Source of the DNA: a virus | Taxonomy: Duplodnaviria > Caudoviricetes | Virus record (IMG/VR): IMGVR_UViG_3300021431_000107 | Span: 1 to 64,000 of that record | Reading direction: 5' to 3' (one strand) | Length of the DNA stretch: 64,000 nucleotides | Shown: piece after piece, positions 39,135 to 48,128 of the stretch | Numbering within the stretch: the stretch's first letter is position 1 | How the letters are laid out: each line of letters opens with the position of its first letter | Notes under the pieces: model-generated | Database searches by the model: none | What the model saw: only the letters and a program-made list of their open reading frames with translations | What the model was told of the DNA's origin: nothing | Position numbers and translations under genes: made by a program

Positions 39135-42100
39135 CTCAATTCCTCCTTTTTATTGGGTTTTATTTCTATAATAGGAGGTGTAAATTTTACGAAAAAAGAG
39201 GACCAAGATTTCTCTTGATCCCCCAAATTGTGCTATGATCTGTTCCCCTGTATTATGTCGATTGCAGAAGCAACGAGCAATGCCACAGCGAGAACAATCT
39301 CAACAATCTCGGTCTTTCTCATCTTCGTCCTCCTTTTCCTTTTGAGTAATGCCACGTTTATTAAGTCTCCTTTCTACCGCCCGATCAATGGCGATGTCCT
39401 GCTGTTTCTTCGATACCTGGCCTCCAAGCCAACCAAGTATCAAGCCAAGAATAGTAAGACCCATTCCGCCATTAATAAGCTCTTTAAATTTTTCTTTCAT
39501 AATTTTCCTCCTTTTTAAAAACGTGATTACTATTTCACTATACGGCTTGAAAAAAATACGAGAGCCACTGTATTATCCACAGCAGCTCCCATTTTGAGTT
39601 AGAGTAACTTTTCCGCGATATAATCTGCCATGTCCAAAGTGTTCATTTCTTTATAGAAGTTTTCACGAAAGTCAATCACCGTTTCAGGTATATGCGTGTT
39701 ATTCATGACTGTCATAGCTTCCGGAAAGTTGTCTTCTATGGTCTTAAGTGTTGAATTTGATCCGATCGCTCCAACGTCATCAATCACATCATGGATGTTA
39801 CGCATCACTTTAAATTTGTGACTAGTAACACCGACCGTGTAACCGATTCCTGCTGTTACTGCTCCGATTAAAATTGCTCCACCATAAACAGTCAACTCTA
39901 CCGTATGATCGTCAACCCACTTCCTGATTTTGCCTTTTTCTTTCTTATTTTCCATAAATATCTCCTTTCATTTTAAGATATCGCTTACAAGTTCCTCACT
40001 ATAAGGACTGTATTTAATGCGAGCTCGTTTCACTCGCCATCTCTTACTAAGTTCGAGAAGAAAAGAACAGAAGCCACTGTATTATATACAGCAGCCTCTG
40101 TTGTCAAATTATTTGATACTAAGTTTAGGATTCTGACCGAGTCCCATCTTGCTCACAAACCATCCATTCCGATCCGCATAGATTGCAAGACACGTACCTG
40201 CGAATCCAAGACCCGCTACTGCAAGTCTCGACCCGTTCTCAGTTACGATCTTTACGAGTTCACCTTTCTGACGCTTCTTGGCTGCGGTCGCTTCGTTTTC
40301 AACTTTCTCCTTTTCGAGTTTCAGATTCTCCTCTTCAAGGTCCAGCCTCTTCTGATCCATCTGAAGCTTAGAATCACTCATTTCCCTTTCGGAATCCAGT
40401 TTCTTCTGCTCCATCTCGATCTTAGAAGAGCTAATCTCCTTTTCAGAGTCCATCCGTCTCTCTTCAAGCTCAAGTTTCTCACGATCGACCTCAATCTTTT
40501 CGCGTTCGATATCGGCTTTCTCGCTATCCGTTACCATCTTCATGAGAGTGTCAAGATCTTTGATAGCGTTGTATCTATCGTCGGATCCCAGCTCCATGTG
40601 CTTGATCTTTGCAAGATCGTTATTAATGATTTCGTTTACAAGGATTTTTGTTTCTACAGTCATACAAATTCCTCCTTATTACAAATCAAACAATTTGCTT
40701 CACTATACGACTTGTTTTTTATGCGAATTTGGAATACAATAAACTTGCAAAACACCAAAGAGGGTCTACTTTTCGAGTTTAATCTTGAGATAGATCCTCT
40801 TCCTTTTTGGAAGCTTAGACAGGTCCTCCGATACTTCAATTCTATACGTATCCTTTTCAATATCGGTCTTGTCGATAACAAGCGTTCCAGCATTTGGTGA
40901 TTTAATGATATGCCAAACCGATACAAAGATCGATCCAAAGATATTCCCTAAAATAAAAGCTCCAACATAAAACCAAATCATTTTGAGACCTCCTTTCATA
41001 AAAAAAAGAGACCGCATTTAAGCGATCCCTCTTACTCTTTTCCACTCGTAACGTCCATACATAGATTCATGTACTCCATCGACATAAATCTCGTAACCGC
41101 AGCCATACGGACTCATTGACTTCAGTAAGAACAGATGATCAAGCTCCTTCTTTGGAACAAGACCTCTAAACATAACGATATCTTCTTTATCGACTCTATA
41201 AAGATGCCTCGTCCAGTTTTCAAGATCGTCGATTAACTGTTCCATCATACAGTCCTTTTTGTCCAGGACTACAGCTACGTAGTTAAATCTCAAATCGTAC
41301 ATAAAAATCTCCTTTGAAATAAAGTTATAAGTTTCTATTATACGAAGTGGTTTTATTACGAAAAAAAAGAAGCACCTGTATTTCTACAGATGCTTCTGAG
41401 TACCTAGTTTTCTCTTTCAAGTCTGTTTTTCAGAATGGAGAGAGATCTAATGCTTTCATTGAATTTCTTAGCCTTCTGTTCACAGTTCTCATCCATTGCC
41501 CGATGCATAAGTTTCGTATAGTTCTGGATAAGACTGTTCACGAACTCTAATGTCTCAAAAGTTTCTACATTTTTACTCATGTCATTCCTCCTATAATATA
41601 ACTTGATTTACTAGTTCCTATTATAGGAGTTGTAATTTTTTCGCATTACCATCTCACATCATCTTCGTCTCTGTCATAGTAAGGTCTACCGGTTCTAAGT
41701 TCAAACTCGTAGTCCTCACCGGCTTGTATATCCCCTGCAGTTATCTCCATGGCACATTTACCGCACATATTACCTTCTGGCCACTCCTCATCGTAATCTG
41801 TGTCATAGTCACTAAACTCATCATTGTACATTTCCCTTGCTTCGTCAACATCAAATCGTTTCCCACAATGAATACACTTTGCCATTTTGAGACCTCCTTT
41901 TATAGATGTATAACTGGTTCTATAAAGAAGATATCATAGAAAAAGAAAAGGGACAAGACTTGACTTTCTCATCCCTTTTCAGTATAATGCGCGCTGCTTT
42001 TTTAGTAGTTAAACTTATTTAATCCCTTAAAGAACTTCCAATCCTTACTGAATCCCTTTGGCTTCTCAAGACTCCCAGACAAGATAGAGAACGCATAAAA

Positions 42101-45100
42101 CGTCATTTCTACCATTTTCCTGTGATTAATTCTATCTATAAGTCTAGAATGCTTCACAACAAACTGGTATACAGCTTCATCCGTTACTCTTACGTCAGGA
42201 AAATCTGCGTAATTTGTCAACTCGTACCTAAGAGCTTTAATGATTTTACCCATAAGTTTCCTCCTTTTTAAAAACATAACATTTTGCATCATTATACGAA
42301 TTGAATTTATTACGATACAGCTCAGTCCATTCTCGTACCAAACGAAAAAGAAATAGCCCCTGTTAAGAGGCCATCTCTCCTATAATTTCATGATACATCT
42401 CATCGAGTTCTTTAAATTCAGATTCAGACACATAGCATCTAAACTGCATGCCAACGAGATCGTCTTTTCTCTTGATGAAACGAATGCTATAAGCCACACG
42501 AAGTACCTCGCATACCTTAGAGAATCGTTCGATTTCATCATGAGTTGCAAGAACGAAATCCCACACGATGCACCGTCTTTTACTCTGCTTAATCATGTCT
42601 CTTCTCCCTTCAAGTTAGAACAATTTGTATCATTATATCCGGTGTAAATAGTTCGAAGGTATTTTGAGAAAAAAAAGAAGACGCAGATTACTCTGCATCC
42701 TCATGAGCCGAACGGATAATCCGGCGAATTGAATCGTCGCTATATCCGCAAGACTCACAAAGACCTGCGTAGTAATCCACGTCCTCTTCGAACCCCTCAT
42801 GGCCGAGGGTACGACCATAGAGATTCTCAGCAGCGACCCTAAGCCGCAATCTGAGGTTACTCATACTTGTCACCTCCTTTCCCTCGGTATATATTAGTAG
42901 GTTCCTATACTATGCATTGTAAATTTTACGATACGATAGTAAAAACAAGAAGCCACTGTAATAGCTACAGCAGCCTCTGTTTTGAGTTATTTAATCAATA
43001 CTTTCACGTAAGGAATTCCATCGTCATCGCCAATTTCGATCCACCATTTATCGACCTCAGCAGTATCATATCCGGAGAAGGTTCTTGCAATCTTATCTGC
43101 TGGAAATGTTCCAATCCAGCACGTATGATTAGCCAGGATTATGTCTTTCTCCACGATCGATATTACTAAGTCCTTATCTTTCAATGTTACCACAAGATCC
43201 TTAAGTTTCATAACGTTTCCTCCTTCATTTAAGTATGTTAATAACTTATCATTATATGTATTGTTTTTATTACGAAAAAAAAGAAGCGTCGCTCATGTTA
43301 TTCGCTACGTCCTCAAAAGAAAAAGAGGCCCTGTAAAAGCAGCCTCTTGATGCAGTCAAATAGCATACTTGTCAAGCAGTCTCTTTAAGTCCTCCTTTTC
43401 CCTCTGAAGCTCACCAATCTGCTTCTCAAGGCTATTGATTTCCATGCTCTTCTTAACATTCTCACGGCGATAATATGAGACATCATTGTCACGATCCTGC
43501 AGTCTGATACGAAGTCCTTCAAGAAACCTATTGATCTCAACAATCTCATTGAAATCATCAGCTTCTCCGTCTCCGTAAGTCAGCAGCATAACGTGCTTCT
43601 TGATCTCCTCAAACATATCAACCTGAGCAGTGTTATTCAGTTCTTCCATTTTGAATCTCCTTTCTTAAATCAATTGATTGCTTCATTAAAGCAGTTGTTT
43701 TTATTTCGAACACGCTCAGTCCCCTCGCACCGCCAAACTCTCTTTGTTCGTTTAGCTGAAAAGAAAGAGGCAGATGTTACTCTGCCCCTATGGAACTTAC
43801 TCGAATGATGATAAATCCCATACATGATACGGGGAAATATGCATCTCAATGCCAAGTTCTTCCTTGAAGTAGTTTTCAATTACTTCTGTTATTTTGTCGT
43901 TCTTGGCAAGAGGTAATGCTATTTCGCTGTATTCTTTATATAGTTTCAATACCTCTTCATCTGTAAGTCCGGTAGGTAAAGTAACATAGCCCCTTACTTC
44001 TTCTAGTGATTTCTTAATTACTTTGTTCAACTTCTTCTCTAGCTTTTCAGTAATTTTAACTCCTCCAGGATAGCAGTTGTGTAACCTCATAAAAATCACT
44101 CCTTTCACTATAAGGGCTGTATAAAATGCGAAAAAGAAAGAGCCCTTGTTAGGACTCAATCTCTTCCAGCTGAATTTCATTTAGCTTTAATTCTTCCATT
44201 TTCATATGAACTTCACGAATCTCTTCCTCTTCTGCATTACAGAAGTCGTATGTTGCATGCACCGTGCATAGACTTTCATATTCTATTGTAAGTTTACTTA
44301 TATAGCTATGAACGATATCACAGTGTTTACCCTTCCCTAGCGTTATAAGCGCATCCATTAGATCTGGCGAAGTCATTTCACTTCCCATAATTTCTCTTTT
44401 TTGTGCGTTTTTACATGCTTCAAAGTGTGAAGTATAAACTTTCACTATAGCGTTCATAGCTTTTTCAATCGAATCGCATACAATAACGATAGCCATTTCG
44501 TGTGCATGAATATTCCAACTTGGTCTGTCCACCTTAGAGTACATCGTTACTTGATACATCATATGATTTTCTCCTTTCGTTAGCTAATGTAGCTGTTTCA
44601 CTATAGCCACTGTATAAAATTCGAAAAAGAGAACCAGTTGCAATAACTGATTCTCTAAGTAATCATGGGTATATCATGTCCACGAATGCCGACTGAATAA
44701 GTTTACCCATCGTTGCTTTGTCGTCTAACCATAACATAATATGATCACTCCTTTCTATTTTAGGGACTGTATTTTATGCGAAAAGAAAGACCAGTTGCAA
44801 TAACTGATCCTTCCATTTTGAAAGTTATCCCCATCTAGTCCATACAGTATCTCCATAGGGAGATGTTACCTCTTCAAGGCCCCATTTCTTGCGGAGCTTG
44901 TTCCAAAAGAGTCCAGGCATTTCCACTCTGATAAGTACGATGTCATATACATTCTTTCCAGTCGCCGATTCAACTATCGATGATTGCTCGACGCCGGTTA
45001 CTTTTCCACCGCACTCTTCAAGAGCTTTAGCTACCTCTTTTACGTTAGTTCCATGTCCGAACATAAGTGTCCTTGTTTCTGTTTTCAGCTCCCTAAAGAT

Positions 45101-45595
45101 ATTGTTAATAAACGCCATAGTAATTCCTCCTTTCGCTTTTCATTAAAGGAGTTGTATAAATTGCGAAAAAGAAAGAGCACCTGTAATAGATGCTCCTCTT
45201 GCATGATATTATCGTTCCAACAGTTTATTTAATTCAGTCTCCTCGACATAGTAAGATATTTTATAGCTCTCTCCCCATCCTTTCAAAACACATCTGTAAG
45301 TCGCTTCATAAGTTTCGCAGTCATTGTCATTTGTAACATTGAGCTCACTAACTTTAGATACGGCAACACTATCAGTAATTTTTTTATAGTGTTGCTTAAT
45401 TATTTCTTTAGCGTTCTCAAAGTTATCACCTACACCAATAACATCTTTACCATAGTCCTTATAAGTGTCTTCATATATGTCTTCTTCCATCCAGTACTTC
45501 ACTACTAAATATACTTTATTCATACATCTTCTCCTTTCATTAAAAAGCTAATTGGTTTCACTATAAGCACTGTATAAAATTCGAGGACCGACCAT

Positions 45596-45952
45596 TCAGC
45601 CGATCCCCTTTCTCTTTGATAGCATATAGAAAAACTCTCGAAGGCACCACTCACAAATAGCTTTTTCTCTATCAGAAGAACATACCTGTCCAATGCTTAC
45701 ATCCTCTGTAACGATCTTCAGAATTTTCTCCCCAGGGAATTTTCCGATATCGAATGCTGTCGTCTCGATCAGCTTTACAGCGTGTTTTAGGTCATGTAGA
45801 GAAGATGCGACTCTTCCTGTTTCATCAGAAGAGGCTGTACCAGTTTGATCGAAGCCCTCCTTAGACAGTCTCTCGATCTCTTCCTTCATATCATGGTACT
45901 GAAGGCAAAAGTGCTTAAGCTCCCTGTACCTATGGACTGGTAGATCGTACAT
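45596..45952 (-). CDS. Possible ArpU/RinA-like transcriptional activator
   Basis: HRYRELKHFCLQY...ILKIVTEDVS...REFFYMLS resembles my recollection of that family; lies in the switch operon. Confidence 0.4.
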   Translation of the reverse strand: MYDLPVHRYRELKHFCLQYHDMKEEIERLSKEGFDQTGTASSDETGRVASSLHDLKHAVKLIETTAFDIGKFPGEKILKIVTEDVSIGQVCSSDREKAICEWCLREFFYMLSKRKGIG

Positions 45953-46197
45953 TACTTACCCCTCCATACGAAGCCCGTTTCTTCATATAGTCTCTTTGGT
46001 GAGATATAGTAGTTGATCCGACCAAGCCTCGAATCCATTTCACGAATATCTGTGACTTCTTTCCCTCGTCTTGTTGCTTTACCGATCGGAAGCCATCCAG
46101 ATATTATTCCAGCTCGAACCCAGGAAGGATCTTTACCGTAGACTCTTGCAGCAACTGACACTGGAACTGAACCGACTTCTCTTACATCCTGATTCAT
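45952..46197 (-). CDS. Excisionase-like winged-helix protein
   Basis: VPVSVAARVYGKDPSWVRAGII...YYISPKRL; near the integrase. Confidence 0.5.
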   Translation of the reverse strand: MNQDVREVGSVPVSVAARVYGKDPSWVRAGIISGWLPIGKATRRGKEVTDIREMDSRLGRINYYISPKRLYEETGFVWRGK

Positions 46198-46394
46198 AAG
46201 ATACCTCCGATCCAGTATCCGATAGAGATACCTGTCTTATTTTGAATTTTCGAAAGAGTTCTGATAGATGGATTTGTCTTTCCTTCTTTCCATTTGCCTA
46301 CAGCTCCATTTCCGAGACTGCACTTCTCCTCAAACTCTTTAACGGTTAACTTCTCCTCCTCACAGTACCTTAAAACCCTATCGTAGATGTCCAT
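46194..46394 (-). CDS. XRE-family HTH repressor/Cro
   Basis: LTVKEFEEKCSLGNGAVGKWKEGKTNPSIRTLSKI. Confidence 0.85.
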   Translation of the reverse strand: MDIYDRVLRYCEEEKLTVKEFEEKCSLGNGAVGKWKEGKTNPSIRTLSKIQNKTGISIGYWIGGIL

Positions 46395-46443
46395 TTTTTT
46401 CTCTTCCTCCTATTTAATTTTTAATTTTTTATAGGAGAAACCC

Positions 46444-46472
46444 TTGACAAGTGTTAGAAAGTAATCTAAAAT
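46444..46472 (+). promoter_or_regulatory. Sigma-A promoter toward the integrase
   Basis: TTGACA-17 bp-TAAAAT. Confidence 0.8.
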
Positions 46473-46548
46473 AGGATTTGCTTAGGATCCATATTATAGA
46501 ATGCCCTATATATACCCGTCTGGTTTCTCCTTTGAAGCTTCAAGATGG

Positions 46549-46577
46549 ATTATATAGGGTTTCTTGGCGTTCGTCAA
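46549..46577 (-). promoter_or_regulatory. Sigma-A promoter toward the XRE/xis/activator operon
   Basis: TTGACG-17 bp-TATAAT on the minus strand. Confidence 0.8.
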
Positions 46578-46624
46578 TATCTAAAATCCACGAAACTAAG
46601 AAAAATTAATAGGAGGTGTAAAAA

Positions 46625-47842
46625 TTGTTAACTGAATGCCCAGAATGTAATAATATGGTATCTACTAAAGCTGTGTCTTGTCCTAGATGCGGCTACCCAC
46701 TTAAAGAAACCGCTATCACTCACCCAAGGTCTAACAGCAAAAAGAAACGCATGAGACTTCCAAATGGCTTTGGACGAATCACTTATCTTAAAGGACGTCA
46801 TTTACGAAAACCCTATCGAGTAATGGTATCCACCGGGAAAGACGACTTCGGTAAACCTATAGGAAAGCTACTTAAACCAGAAGCCTATTTTGAGACGTAT
46901 AACGAAGCATATGCAGCTCTAATCAAATACCACGATAACCCGTACGAGTATGACAGTGACATGACTGTTAACGAGCTATATGAGAAGTGGTTTGAAGCAC
47001 ATAAACCATCAGTATCCTCATCAAGACAATACGGAATTAAAGCGGCGTACGACTATTGTATCGATATAATTGGCAGTAGATTCGTTCGTGAAATAAAGGC
47101 TCCTGACATAAGAAGACTTCTTGATAAACCGGTTAAAGTACGTTCTGGAGTAGTTACAGAAGCATCTGATAATGTTAAAAAGAATATAAAGTATGTTCTT
47201 TCAATGATGTTTGATTACGCCGTTGAGTACGGATACGCGGATCGAAATGTCGTACGAGATGTAAGAACTGGACTCCCAGATCAGGAAGCAGAGAACCCTC
47301 ATATTTCGTATTCAAAAGAAGAGCTTGAGATACTCTGGAAGAACGCTGGAAAGTCTCTTATAGTCGATATGATACTCGTCCAGTGCTATATGGGGTGGAG
47401 ACCTAATGAGATGTGTAACCTTCTTTTATCGAATGTAAATATGACAGATTACACGATAAAAGGAGGATCTAAAACTAAAGCTGGTAAAGAGCGTAAAGTC
47501 CCTATTCACAGTAGGATAAGACCGCTCATTCAGTCTCACTATAACGAATCTATTTTGAGCAACGGAACTTATCTATTTGTGATAGGCGATAAGAGAAAGA
47601 GACAGATTACGTATCAGATTCTTAAGACGAGATACAAGGAATGCTTTATGGAACTTGGAATAAACGAGTCTCATAGGCTCCATGATGGAAGAAAGACTTT
47701 TGTCACTTTAGCAAAAGAAGCAGGCGTAGATGAGTACGCAATTAAGCTTATCGTAGGACATGCTATTTCTGACATTACAGAGAGGGTCTATACAGAGAGA
47801 TCAATTAAGTGGCTTCATAGTGAGATCAGTAAAATCAAGTAA
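46625..47842 (+). CDS. int: Tyrosine integrase with N-terminal zinc ribbon
   Basis: GWRPNE (R), HRLHDGRKT (HxxR), VGHA...TERVY (H, Y); CPEC...CPRC at the N-terminus; AGGAGGTG SD with TTG start. Confidence 0.92.
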   Translation: MLTECPECNNMVSTKAVSCPRCGYPLKETAITHPRSNSKKKRMRLPNGFGRITYLKGRHLRKPYRVMVSTGKDDFGKPIGKLLKPEAYFETYNEAYAALIKYHDNPYEYDSDMTVNELYEKWFEAHKPSVSSSRQYGIKAAYDYCIDIIGSRFVREIKAPDIRRLLDKPVKVRSGVVTEASDNVKKNIKYVLSMMFDYAVEYGYADRNVVRDVRTGLPDQEAENPHISYSKEELEILWKNAGKSLIVDMILVQCYMGWRPNEMCNLLLSNVNMTDYTIKGGSKTKAGKERKVPIHSRIRPLIQSHYNESILSNGTYLFVIGDKRKRQITYQILKTRYKECFMELGINESHRLHDGRKTFVTLAKEAGVDEYAIKLIVGHAISDITERVYTERSIKWLHSEISKIK

Positions 47843-47889
47843 AAAAAAAATAAAGCCGCTGTAATAATTATCTTTCCCACGTAAAGAAA

Positions 47890-48120
47890 AAATGCGCCAG
47901 TGTACGAGTAGTGTACTAATGACGCACTTTTTCTTACATTTTTCTTCATCGAGTGACCTCTTGAAACCCGCATAAATACTTGGTTTTCTTAATTTTAGCC
48001 ACTCTTTGAAATTAGGGAAAGGAAAGAGTTAGTAGCTGAAATAGCCTAATTTACTGGATTCTAAGCATAAAGAGTGTACTAATGGTGTATTAGTGGAGAG
48101 CATCTTAGTACACTCTTTTA
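47890..48120. other. Putative intact attP
   Basis: Non-coding, right after int; paired 11-bp arm-type repeats agtgtacgagt/agtgtactaat (47899-47920) and agtgtactaat/ggtgtattagt (48073-48094) plus an inverted copy (48105-48116); central IR actcttt...aaagagt (48001-48029). Confidence 0.6.
48069..48118 (-). terminator. 14-bp hairpin terminating the tail operon (overlaps att arm repeats)
   Basis: aaagagtgtactaa / ttagtacactcttt, 10 nt past the tailspike stop. Confidence 0.5.
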
Positions 48121-48128
48121 GAATTTAT

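Larger units (their letters stand above)
20817..45195 (-). terminator. Family of related intrinsic terminators closing the gene cassettes
   Basis: Plus-strand A-tract + GAGCCACTGT-loop-ACAGCAGCTC type hairpins, e.g. 20817-20843, 21518-21551, 38707-38735, 38997-39025, 39562-39588, 40070-40098, 41369-41396, 42949-42977, 45175-45195; plus-strand mismatches become G-U pairs on the minus-strand RNA. Confidence 0.8.
36861..45523 (-). other. Array of about 25 mostly monocistronic cassettes (promoter-SD-small ORF-terminator); early accessory region
   Basis: ORFs include 36861-37061, 37267-37332, 37329-37532, 37737-37949, 38082-38285, 38741-38917, 39033-39134, 39233-39322, 39300-39500, 39599-39955, 40109-40663, 40766-40981, 41018-41302, 41404-41580, 41646-41885, 42002-42253, 42363-42596, 42688-42864, 42987-43211, 43356-43649, 43797-44090, 44149-44562, 44825-45118, 45209-45523. 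Confidence 0.75.
4356..45584 (-). promoter_or_regulatory. Dispersed family of 30 phage-specific promoter-like 25-mers, TCGHA-N7-CA-N5-TAnnnT (a few have TTTAnT)
   Basis: 25-bp copies with plus-strand left ends at 4356, 17478, 21009, 21481, 21951, 28679, 32000, 34985, 37100, 37570, 38005, 38303, 38629, 38966, 39168, 39537, 39998, 40702, 41337, 41620, 42291, 42632, 42907, 43251, 43685, 44107, 44600, 44757, 45142, 45560; fixed spacing, all co-oriented, nearly all intergenic and upstream of SD-led ORFs. Confidence 0.85.

Noticed and set aside
36861-45584. True integron or retron
   Set aside because: No IntI-type integrase next to the array, no RYYYAAC/GTTRRRY attC ends recognised, and no reverse transcriptase.
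10630-47988. Invertible 37-kb segment bounded by the inverted 25-mers
   Set aside because: Inversion would separate int from its attP arms and reverse the early region; there is no dedicated invertase, so a binding-site role is more plausible.
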